From: Gemmatimonadota bacterium
GTDB lineage: Bacteria; Latescibacterota; UBA2968; UBA8231
Length of the DNA stretch: 30,208 nucleotides
Assembly (NCBI GenBank): GCA_038153405.1
Contig: JAYOYH010000052.1
Location: 1 to 30,208, forward strand
Direction: 5' to 3'
Both the position numbers and the translations under genes were made by a program. Positions 17,805 through 26,742 of the stretch are shown in pieces. Below the pieces are notes generated by a model. The model ran no database searches. It worked only from the letters and a program-made list of their open reading frames with translations, and was not told the origin of the DNA. Within the stretch, counting starts at the first letter, position 1. Each line of letters starts with the position of its first letter.

Positions 17805-20231
17805 ATGCTATACTACAAAAAGTTTCCTATAGAAACCTGCATCCTTTTAGGCACTCTCATCGCTCTGCTCTTAGCCCTGCAACACTGGACTCTGGTTAAA
17901 CTCGAAGTCGAACCTGCCGGCAGCGGCCTTATTTCTTTCACTACCTTCGCTCATAACCTACTGCAAAAAGTCACTTTTACCCCCGCAGATTTAGGCCTGG
18001 CTTTCGCCATCCTGATCGTTTGCGTGTTGCTACTCATCGCCGAATTGTGGTTCCGCAGCTTGACCCGCTTCCTCGACCAGGCGCTGGCAACCGATCGCGG
18101 CGCTCTCGCCTTGTGCGCCATCATCTGCCTAGTTCTCGTCCGCTACTATTTCGCTCCTGGACAACCCACTTGGGCAGGGGATTCCGGTGGTCACATTACC
18201 TATGCCACCATTGCGGCGCGATCCCTCGCCGCAGGTGAGTGGCCTATCTGGACCAACGCCTTCAGCGCCGGATCACCCTATGCTCAGTTTTACGGTTTCA
18301 TGTTTTTTTATCTCGTCGGACTGTGTGACCTACTCGTCGATGATCCCTTCAATTCCATCAAGCTGGTCACTGGTCTGAGCCATTGGTTGTCGGGGTTGGC
18401 CATGTATTTGCTAGCCCACGCCGTTACTGGGTCGCGCCGCGCTGCGCTGCTGGCCGGCATCGGCTATGTGGCCAGTTTTTGGCATGTGCAGCAAGTAATG
18501 ATTATGGGCCGCTTACCCCTCTCGGTCTTCTACGCGCTACTGCCTCTGCCCTTCTATGCGCTCGAACGCGTGCACCAGAATGGATTGGCTGCTAAACCGG
18601 TGGTCGGTGGCGCTCTAAGTCTAGGGCTATTGGCCTTTGTTCACGCGGGCTATGCATTCTGGGGCGTGCTCTTTTGGTTTGTTTATGCGGTATTACGCCT
18701 GGGGCGCAATACAGACGACCGGATGCTGGGCACCGCAGCCATCCTCATCGGAGGCCTGGTCTTTGGTGCCCAACAGACCCTGCCAATGTGGTTGGAACGC
18801 GATCACGCGGGTTTGGCCTCAGGTATCCACCTCGGGGGCGGTGCCGTACCTGGCTGGCAACAACTGCTGGTCTGGTCGAATGCTTATTTCCGCCTCTGGC
18901 CTCTGCCTCCAGAGCAACATAACTGGTTGAGTGGCTATCTGGGCTTGAGCCTAGTTGTAGTGACTCTGGTGGGCCTTGGAACCGCCACAATTTCATACCG
19001 GCGTCCATTAGAACCTGCCGGACGCGCCACCCTGGCCTGTCTGTTTCTGGCGCTTTTGATCGTCTTGGCTCACAGCGGACCCATCTTGAGCAATCTGGCT
19101 GTAGTCCAGGCGTTCAATGCTGGGCGCTATTTGCTCTTCGTCGTCTTTTTTCTCGCCATCGGCTGCGGGCTAGGAGTCCATTGGATTCTGCTACACTGCC
19201 CCGCGCCTGGACGGGTGTATACGCTGCTATTGTTGCTCGTTCTGGTGGATCTGGGCTCGACGACGTTCCGGCATTTGTATATTCCCCGTTGGGCACAACC
19301 AGTCAACTATCCAGCCGATATCGTACGCGATACCGCAGCCAAAGCCCCGACTTGGCCCGAACTGCCCAACTACCGCCTATTTGCCACGACCCAGCGTCAT
19401 CACTTCTACCTACTGGTACCTTGGCTGTATGGGCAAACGCATATTCCCCAGATACAATCTACATATTTCGCGGCACCCCAGGCGTGGTCCTTTACCATTT
19501 CGCCGTGGACAGAATTCGTCGGGCACTATTGGGGAGATGTCACGAGCCAATCGCCCACCCAACCACAGACTGAATTCCTGCTCGCAGGAGCCAAGCTTTT
19601 CAACGTACAAGAGATCCTTGCCGCTCAAACCGAGGAAGCTGTTGCCAGAATTAAGATCCCCAACGCTAGCCCTGTGCTCGCCTCGCCCAGTATCGCCTCC
19701 TATTCTGAAGAAGCTACATATATAGATTCCGCAGAGGCCAGCCGTGTTTTTCCTGCCACCGCCCCCGAATTATTGCGTCGCATCAAGCCGTTCTATTGGC
19801 TTACCCGATCGATGGAAATCGACCTCGCAGCCAACACCTGCGAACGCATCTACGTTCGCAACCGCGGTCCACATGCATTCTCCCAGACCAAGCCCCAGGT
19901 CGAGGTCCTCGTACACCGCGTCTACAACCAGCGCGTCCAGTTGCGGTTGCAGGCCACCGAGCCTTGTTATATCCGCCTGGCCTACGCCTATTATCCCCAT
20001 CTGCAGATAACAGTCGACAGCCACAAAATTGAACCGATAGAAACCGCTGGCCACTTTATCGCCTTACCTCTTGATGCCGGTAGTCACGATATTGAAATAA
20101 CTGCCCATCTGTCACCGCTGCGGCAGGCCCTGTTACTTCTCAATATGGTATTGCTGAGCGGTGGTGCAGTGTGGATGTGGATTGCACGGAAAAAATCGGT
20201 CAGCGATAAAAGCATCGTCCGACCTTATTGA
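17805..20231 (+). CDS. Polytopic membrane protein, PTPS-related/YfhO-like (probable GT-C fold glycosyltransferase)
   Basis: Many TM segments; loop GDSGGH...GEWPIWTNAFSAGSPYAQFYG typical of PTPS-related membrane proteins; YfhO-like C-terminus AYYPHLQITVD...FIALPLDAGSHDIEI followed by a final TM. Confidence 0.7.
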   Translation: MLYYKKFPIETCILLGTLIALLLALQHWTLVKLEVEPAGSGLISFTTFAHNLLQKVTFTPADLGLAFAILIVCVLLLIAELWFRSLTRFLDQALATDRGALALCAIICLVLVRYYFAPGQPTWAGDSGGHITYATIAARSLAAGEWPIWTNAFSAGSPYAQFYGFMFFYLVGLCDLLVDDPFNSIKLVTGLSHWLSGLAMYLLAHAVTGSRRAALLAGIGYVASFWHVQQVMIMGRLPLSVFYALLPLPFYALERVHQNGLAAKPVVGGALSLGLLAFVHAGYAFWGVLFWFVYAVLRLGRNTDDRMLGTAAILIGGLVFGAQQTLPMWLERDHAGLASGIHLGGGAVPGWQQLLVWSNAYFRLWPLPPEQHNWLSGYLGLSLVVVTLVGLGTATISYRRPLEPAGRATLACLFLALLIVLAHSGPILSNLAVVQAFNAGRYLLFVVFFLAIGCGLGVHWILLHCPAPGRVYTLLLLLVLVDLGSTTFRHLYIPRWAQPVNYPADIVRDTAAKAPTWPELPNYRLFATTQRHHFYLLVPWLYGQTHIPQIQSTYFAAPQAWSFTISPWTEFVGHYWGDVTSQSPTQPQTEFLLAGAKLFNVQEILAAQTEEAVARIKIPNASPVLASPSIASYSEEATYIDSAEASRVFPATAPELLRRIKPFYWLTRSMEIDLAANTCERIYVRNRGPHAFSQTKPQVEVLVHRVYNQRVQLRLQATEPCYIRLAYAYYPHLQITVDSHKIEPIETAGHFIALPLDAGSHDIEITAHLSPLRQALLLLNMVLLSGGAVWMWIARKKSVSDKSIVRPY

Positions 20232-20488
20232 TCGTAGCGCGGGGCAATCGTGACCGACCGTAGCAGCTATTGCCTGTGATATGCTGCAATTGTAGTGGTT
20301 AATCATTTTATCGACTCGGCGAGTACTTGCCCATTCGGAGGGGGCGGATGTCGCAGCGAGTAGACGGATAGCCCACCTGATATACAGCTTACGTCCCCCA
20401 TAGATTGGTAGTGCCATGGGTATTGGCCTCTCCGCTCCATTCTATCGGATGCTCCGGCGTAAAAGGGCGGTTCGAATACGGTCTAGGT

Positions 20489-20619
20489 CTTGCCGGCACG
20501 CTACATCCGTCATGACGATGAATGTGTATGGCAGGACTCGTTCCGATCGGCTATCCGAGAGTGTTGAGGACGTAGCGCGCGCGATTGAATGTGAGCAGAA
20601 GTGTGTACCAGGTGTGTAG
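20489..20619 (+). pseudogene. Tyrosine integrase C-terminal fragment (LARH...Y box), frameshifted
   Basis: RHATSVMTMNVYGRTRSDRLSESVEDVA; CTT GCC (LA) precedes RH one base out of frame. Matches the second catalytic His and nucleophile Tyr region of phage-type integrases. Confidence 0.65.
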
Positions 20620-20918
20620 CGGAATCGGCCTGCCGATCTGACTGATCTGGCTGCGTAGATTTATACCGTGCTGATTTAGGGATGAATGTCTGAGCCGAGA
20701 GCTCGTACTGAATCTGCGCGAAGCCCGCGTCGGCATTGAAGATAAGAGGCCGCGCTATACCCAGATCCGATCCCAGGGCGGCTCGGCTATAAGAGTACGG
20801 TAAACGTAATCTTAGCCCAAAACCTCTCACCCCAAACGGACCCAATCAACGCATCCGGTCAGCTCCTGCCAGATCTTCTACAGCGTGGCAAAATATATAT
20901 CATTGGATTAGTCAAATT

Positions 20919-20927
20919 TGTTATATT
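20919..20927 (+). promoter_or_regulatory. Putative extended -10 promoter for the secreted-protein pair
   Basis: TGtTATATT in an AT-rich patch ending 44 bp before the ATG at 20971. Confidence 0.4.
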
Positions 20928-20970
20928 GCAACCGTATTTCCCCCCGATTCCCCTGTACGGAGCGTTTGCC

Positions 20971-23004
20971 ATGGTCGCCCCCGCACGATTTAAACGCTTT
21001 ATATTGCTGTTACTTCTATTGTTACCCATTTCGTCAAGTGCTCAAATTTCGCTGTGGAAAATCGGTGGCAGCGGACTTTCCTGGGCCGACAACGATACCA
21101 CGCGCCTGTTCGTCGATTTTTCCACTACTCCCGGATCCATTCAGCCGATCTACTTCCGGACGGAGGAAAACGCCTTCCAACACATCGACAATTGGGCGTT
21201 CTGGCGCGACCCATCCGACCGCATTTTCGACTACCAGGACGGCGAAATGCCGCGCATGTGGAAATGGAATAACGGCATCCCAGACCCAACGGAGAACGGC
21301 TCTCGACTGCTCGACAGCGACCCCATTACCTACAACCCACCCAGTTCCGACGACATAGAGCGCGAAACATTCACCATGGACGTAGCCGTCCCTGTGCCGG
21401 CCGTGGCTTTTGGCTTTATCCCGCCCAGCGAAGGATTTCGCTCCAATGGCACCCCGTTGGAGACCGACTTCGTGCCGTCCTACCTCATTACGGCCTCTGT
21501 AGCCCCGGAGCCTCCTGTAATGGAAGGCAATGTGCAACCCCTCTCGACCGTGCTAGCCGATGTTAGTCAGAACTTCGCACCGCAAGTGCGCATCGACTTT
21601 TCGCGCCAATACCTGCGCTTCTTCCGCTACCGCCGCATCCTCTCCGACCTAGACGCCAGTTCGGCTGATGCTCTGGCGCTGATCGGATCTATCAGCGAAT
21701 TCCAACTCTTTGCCCAGGGCGTGCCCCAACGCGCCATATACAAGAGCAAAATCATCCATCTCGGCCAGTCCCTAAACTTCGGCCGCATCTTCTGGAAAGC
21801 AACGCGCTATCGCATGGTCGACGGCCAGCCTAGGGTCATGCCCGATGCCGGTGCCCAATTGCGCATCGAAGTACGAACCGGCCGCGACGACGATCCTGCG
21901 GTATACCACGACTATATGGACACCGGCTTGGAACGCGTAGTCTCGCGCGATTATTACGAAAACCAGTTGCGCACGCGCTTCTTGCGCATCCACGCCCAAG
22001 CGGATCTTTCCGAGCGCCAACCCAAACCCGGCGTGCGCGCTTCCATCACCTATGATAGCGACAACTGGACCTTCTGGTCGGCGCCCTTTAGCGAATCGGG
22101 CCAACTGGTCAACCTACAGAGCGGCTCCTACATCCAATTGCGCGTCAGCCTAGAGAGCAATTCGTTTGACGACTTTGTGCGCATAGATTCGCTTTGGATT
22201 GAGACGGCCCCTCTGCTGGCCGCCGACGTGCGCGGCGAAATCGCACGCGTCGACGATCTACAGCCCAAGAGCGGTGCTACCGAAGTTGAGTTGGGCGAGG
22301 AAACGCAATTCGTCTATGACCTGCAAGCGGATTTTGCCGATGTCGAGGCTGAGGGATTCGACATGCTGCGCCTGCGCACTGGCAATCGCACGACACTGCA
22401 CAGCTTGCAGATGGGTTCGCCACTTGCCGAAGTAGTAGCTGGCGAAGTCACCGACGAAGGCGATGGCCTGTTAATCCGTCTGCCCGGGCGCGTCACGCGG
22501 ACCAACAACCCGCTGGTTCGCTTGGTCTTCAGCACGGAAGTATTTGAGTTTGCCAAGACTTTCCAGAGCGAAGTGCTCGACAGCGCGCGCGACGTGCTGC
22601 CGCAGCCGGTGGGGGGAGGCGATGTCAGCGACGAGTTGAGCACCAACAGCTTGCGCGTGCTTGGCAACGCCAATGCATCACTCAGCTTCGTGCAGGGCCT
22701 TTCCTTTGCCTCGGCCGTCTTCACGCCCAACGGTGACGGCGTGCACGACGAGCTCCGCATCAACTACTCGCTCTTCCGCCTGCCGGTCGCCGTGCCCGTG
22801 GCCCTCGATGTATACCGCCTCGATGGCCAGCGGATCGCACGCGTAGAGTATGGAGTCCAACAAGCCGGCCCACAGAGTATCCGCTGGGATGGTAGAGACG
22901 ACAGCGGCATACTGCTGCCACCAGGCACCTACTTAGCCGCCGTGCAGCCGCTGGCCGACTTTACTGCTGGCGCACGCCTCTATCCCATTGCCATTGCCTA
23001 CTAG
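20971..23004 (+). CDS. Secreted protein with C-terminal FlgD-Ig/CHU_C-like domain (pair member A)
   Basis: ATG 20971 with GGAG SD gives signal peptide MVAPARFKRFILLLLLLLPISSSA; C-terminal FTPNGDGVHDEL...VYRLDGQ...WDGRDDSG..LPPGTY...IAIAY. Confidence 0.75.
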   Translation: MVAPARFKRFILLLLLLLPISSSAQISLWKIGGSGLSWADNDTTRLFVDFSTTPGSIQPIYFRTEENAFQHIDNWAFWRDPSDRIFDYQDGEMPRMWKWNNGIPDPTENGSRLLDSDPITYNPPSSDDIERETFTMDVAVPVPAVAFGFIPPSEGFRSNGTPLETDFVPSYLITASVAPEPPVMEGNVQPLSTVLADVSQNFAPQVRIDFSRQYLRFFRYRRILSDLDASSADALALIGSISEFQLFAQGVPQRAIYKSKIIHLGQSLNFGRIFWKATRYRMVDGQPRVMPDAGAQLRIEVRTGRDDDPAVYHDYMDTGLERVVSRDYYENQLRTRFLRIHAQADLSERQPKPGVRASITYDSDNWTFWSAPFSESGQLVNLQSGSYIQLRVSLESNSFDDFVRIDSLWIETAPLLAADVRGEIARVDDLQPKSGATEVELGEETQFVYDLQADFADVEAEGFDMLRLRTGNRTTLHSLQMGSPLAEVVAGEVTDEGDGLLIRLPGRVTRTNNPLVRLVFSTEVFEFAKTFQSEVLDSARDVLPQPVGGGDVSDELSTNSLRVLGNANASLSFVQGLSFASAVFTPNGDGVHDELRINYSLFRLPVAVPVALDVYRLDGQRIARVEYGVQQAGPQSIRWDGRDDSGILLPPGTYLAAVQPLADFTAGARLYPIAIAY

Positions 23005-23013
23005 GAGGAATAT

Positions 23014-25362
23014 ATGTTGCGCTTGATCTTGCTCCTCCTGCTATCTGCACCGCTCGTTGCCGAGGAAATCACCTTTGACAGCGTCGAAGAATGGGCGAGT
23101 TGGACTCAGCCGCAAGGCCTGCTACACAGCGATGAGAATGGCCGCTTGACGCTGACAAAATTCCGCAAGAATACCAACCTCATCGTCGATGCGCACCGGT
23201 TTACCCATCCGACGAAGACGCGCGGCGATGCCGTGCCTGGTGGCATCTGGCAGGTTGGATCCAACCCAGAAGGCGCGTCGCTAATTATCGACGGCGATCC
23301 CGATACATACTGGCAGCCCAGCCCCAACGACGAACGCGAGGACTGGTTCATTACCATCGATCTAGGGCGGGCCGCTCTGGCGCGCGAAATCGTGCTCACC
23401 TTTCCCGATAGTGAGGAGGCGCGACCGCTGAGTCAGTTCCGCGTCTTCGTCACTACCGGCGTGCGCATCGATGCCAACGATGACCTCTTTCTCTACCGCC
23501 AGATCTACCGCACTACGCGCCCCAATACCGAGACCACAATCCACATTCCGCTGCGCTACGCTGGCCGCGATAGCGCTATGGTTGTAGATCTCGATCGGGG
23601 ACTGAATACAGAGCAGCTGCACAACTACCAGCTCATCCAGTACATCCAGATCATCTCGGAGGAAAAAACGCCAAACGGCGCCCTGGCCGAAGTCGAAGTG
23701 CTGGGCATCGGCGACAATATCGCCCTGGGCACTGCCGAGCGCGGCGGCGTCGTTGAGGGCGACGGCACCGGCTCGACGATCAACCTCTTCGATGCCGACC
23801 TAAATACCAATAACACCATAACGGACTGCCGCGAACCTCTGACTCGCTGGGACGAGGGCGGCACGTGGTTCCGCGCCGATTTGGGCGCGACCTTCTTCAT
23901 TGATGAGATGTTTATCTACTCCATGCAGCCCGACGAAGGCACACTCGGTTTTACCGTATCTGGCACCGGACCTGGGCACACGGTGCTTTTCTCCGACGGT
24001 GCGCCTACGACTGGCAGCAAGCCGCTCGTAGCCCTACCGGAAAACGTCGACTACGAAGAAGTATTTACCCACCTCGAGCCCAACTCGGACAACTTGCTCT
24101 ATCTGCGCTACTTATTCGAGCCGCGCAAGGCGCGCTACCTGTTCTTTCGCGGTGTGCGCTGCGGAGAGTGGGGCATTGCCAAATGGGGGGAGATGCAACT
24201 TTTCTCGCCTGGCTACCCGGCCCAAGTCGAACTGCAATCTAATTTTATTGACTTGGGACAAGTAGCCGGCGATAGCCGTCCCAAGGTCATCAAGGCACTG
24301 CATTGGGATGCTGATTTGCCAGCAAATACGCGCCTGCAACTGCGCTCGCGCTCAGGTAATGAACTGGCCGAATATTACGCCTTTTACGATCGCAAGGGCG
24401 AACAGGTAACCGAGGATAAGTGGCTGGCCGCGCCGAAGGTGCTACGCGGGCCGGTCGACACCTCCCTAGTAGTAGGCGAAGATTGGGGCGCTTGGAGCAA
24501 TCTCTACCAATCTTCTGGTGAGAGCTTTCAGTCGGAGAGTCCGCGCCGCTTCATCCAGTTGCAGATGATTCTCTCCACCGAAAACCCGCAGCAAGCACCG
24601 GCCGTCAACGCGCTCTCCATCGAGTTTGAAGATGCCTTGGTGCAGGGCGCGCACGGCAGCGTACAGCCGCGCCAAACAACCCCCAATAAAGACACTCCGT
24701 TCACCTATTCGCTCGGGCTGGCCAGCGATGTGCTCGACAAAGGCTTCAACCGCCTGCGTCTAGTCAGCAAAGGCGTCATCAATCCAGCCAGCATCGCAGT
24801 GCGCAGTGGCAGTACATCCCAGATAGACGCACGCGTCGCCCAGGCCGGCGACTCGCTCTATATCGATATAGAGCAGATCATTGCCAGCGATTCGCTGCAC
24901 ATTGATTTTACCGCGCGTATCTTGGACAATGCCACCATCATCGAACTTGATCTAGGCCACGGCGAACGCCCCGGCATCTGGCAATCCGTCGAGGCGGCAA
25001 CGCGGCGCTCGAATATCGTCATGCTACCCGAACTGGCCTCCAGCAACGCGTTAATAGGCAACCTAAATATCGAATCGCGCATTTTCTCGCCCAACGGTGA
25101 TGGCATCAACGATGAACTCGAAGTGAGCTTTGTCGCCTTTAAAATCGATACTGCGCAGCCGACGCTGACCATCTACGACCTTTCGGGCCGGGTCGTCGCC
25201 CAATTGAGCGCCACGTCGAATGACGCAGAGCAGCGTTTTGCCTGGAACGGTATGGACCTCAGCAGTCGACGCGTAGATCCGGGACTCTACCTGTTGCGCA
25301 TCGACCTCGGGGCAGATGCCGGCGACGACTCTGCGCTGCGGACTATTGCCGTAGCCTATTAG
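23014..25362 (+). CDS. Secreted protein with discoidin (F5/8C)-like repeats and C-terminal FlgD-Ig/CHU_C-like domain (pair member B)
   Basis: AGGAGG SD; signal MLRLILLLLLSAPLVA; IIDGDPDTYW...ITIDLG and LFDAD...WFRADLG; C-terminal FSPNGDGINDEL...IYDLSGR...WNGMD...PGLY...IAVAY. Confidence 0.78.
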   Translation: MLRLILLLLLSAPLVAEEITFDSVEEWASWTQPQGLLHSDENGRLTLTKFRKNTNLIVDAHRFTHPTKTRGDAVPGGIWQVGSNPEGASLIIDGDPDTYWQPSPNDEREDWFITIDLGRAALAREIVLTFPDSEEARPLSQFRVFVTTGVRIDANDDLFLYRQIYRTTRPNTETTIHIPLRYAGRDSAMVVDLDRGLNTEQLHNYQLIQYIQIISEEKTPNGALAEVEVLGIGDNIALGTAERGGVVEGDGTGSTINLFDADLNTNNTITDCREPLTRWDEGGTWFRADLGATFFIDEMFIYSMQPDEGTLGFTVSGTGPGHTVLFSDGAPTTGSKPLVALPENVDYEEVFTHLEPNSDNLLYLRYLFEPRKARYLFFRGVRCGEWGIAKWGEMQLFSPGYPAQVELQSNFIDLGQVAGDSRPKVIKALHWDADLPANTRLQLRSRSGNELAEYYAFYDRKGEQVTEDKWLAAPKVLRGPVDTSLVVGEDWGAWSNLYQSSGESFQSESPRRFIQLQMILSTENPQQAPAVNALSIEFEDALVQGAHGSVQPRQTTPNKDTPFTYSLGLASDVLDKGFNRLRLVSKGVINPASIAVRSGSTSQIDARVAQAGDSLYIDIEQIIASDSLHIDFTARILDNATIIELDLGHGERPGIWQSVEAATRRSNIVMLPELASSNALIGNLNIESRIFSPNGDGINDELEVSFVAFKIDTAQPTLTIYDLSGRVVAQLSATSNDAEQRFAWNGMDLSSRRVDPGLYLLRIDLGADAGDDSALRTIAVAY

Positions 25363-25593
25363 GCATTACATGGAGGGCGGGGCTGACCGTGTGCGTTGAT
25401 TTGGTCCATTTAAACGGAGAGGCTATTGGGTGTGCGTGACCTAATAATTGGCCCAATTAAGGTGTGAGTATTTTGGTTTGTAGAAACTCTTCCGGACTGA
25501 GATAGCCCCTCCGGCTTGGCCTTCAGGTTGGCGGAGTCGCCGCCCTGAATCTGTACCTCTTCTGTACTTTTCTCTAAACTTGTCACTTGATCA

Positions 25594-25612
25594 TTGCCCT
25601 TGCTAAGGGCAA
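25594..25612. promoter_or_regulatory. Perfect inverted repeat, candidate operator
   Basis: TTGCCCTT-GCT-AAGGGCAA about 90 bp upstream of the NAD(P)-binding gene. Confidence 0.45.
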
Positions 25613-25702
25613 GTAATTCGGCAGGAGAATGACAAATATTTATATCATTAGAGTGCAGGGATAACCCACCCAGTGGTGCGCACCGACCACAGGACCAGCA
25701 CT

Positions 25703-26536
25703 ATGAATAGAGACAAATCGAGACTGCACTTTTTGGTGATCGCTGCGGCTTCCCGCGGCGCACGGTTTTTTATCAAAAAGGCATTACAGCAAGGACATTC
25801 GGTCACAGCCCTTTGTCGAGCAGCGGACGATCATGCAGCGCTCAAGCGCATAGAAGAGCTTCTTGACAATACAGTGCTTACGGATGGAGGCATCTCGCCG
25901 GCTGATGTTCATGGGACGCTGTATGCAAGTAGCCAGAATATCTTAGATCCCGAAACATATCGTTCATTACTGAACGAGGATACGTCGATTAACCGCATAT
26001 GTTGCTTCGTTGGTGCGACAAGCTTGCGCCAAATGATGAGTCGTGACGATAAGCTCTATACTCGGACTATAAGGGCCCTCGTCGAAGGCATGAGATCGAG
26101 TCGATGGGTGGAGTTTTTCTACCATGGATCATCGGGCAGCGAAGGAATTCCAGGACAAAACAAGCCCAAGCTACCAGCAAACTTTCGGCCTAGATGGCTC
26201 CTGAATATAGGGCTAAAAATTCCGGCAGCACGGGACTGTTTCGACAGCGAAATACTGCTCGCCCAGGCCGGCACGTCCGAGTTGAAATTCACCGTCTTTA
26301 GACCGGCATGGCTCACAGCGGGGCCGGCACAAAGGTCCTATGGCTACTGTTTTGACACAACGGCAATGGACGACGATGCGCTTCCCTTACGAGATGCGAA
26401 AACCACCATTAGTCGGGAGGATGTCGCTGAGGAGATCCTTCGTGTTGCTCGCCTCCCAGACCAAGAGCGTGCTCTATGGTTTGGGCATGGAGTCTATCTC
26501 GTGGATATGAAAGCGAGCGCCTCACAAGAATGTTAG
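25703..26536 (+). CDS. NAD(P)H-binding (flavin reductase/atypical SDR-like) protein
   Basis: LVIAAASRGARFFIKKALQQGHSVTALCR, FTVFRPAWLTAGP, ISREDVA. ATG 25703 with AGGA SD preferred over GTG 25673. Confidence 0.72.
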   Translation: MNRDKSRLHFLVIAAASRGARFFIKKALQQGHSVTALCRAADDHAALKRIEELLDNTVLTDGGISPADVHGTLYASSQNILDPETYRSLLNEDTSINRICCFVGATSLRQMMSRDDKLYTRTIRALVEGMRSSRWVEFFYHGSSGSEGIPGQNKPKLPANFRPRWLLNIGLKIPAARDCFDSEILLAQAGTSELKFTVFRPAWLTAGPAQRSYGYCFDTTAMDDDALPLRDAKTTISREDVAEEILRVARLPDQERALWFGHGVYLVDMKASASQEC

Positions 26537-26742
26537 TCATGAGCATAGAGAAAATTGGACGGTGGCAGCCTCCGCTGGACGAGCGGTCAAACCCGTTGCC
26601 TGCTGAATGCATTTCCAGCGGTTTTTTGCCGTCGACATCCAATGTAATTACCAGAATATGGGGGGGTGTTGTTTAGTATATCGTTTTTTTTATACATTCG
26701 CTCTCGTTCTATGGTTACCTGAGAACCCCGGTTGTTTGGAAT

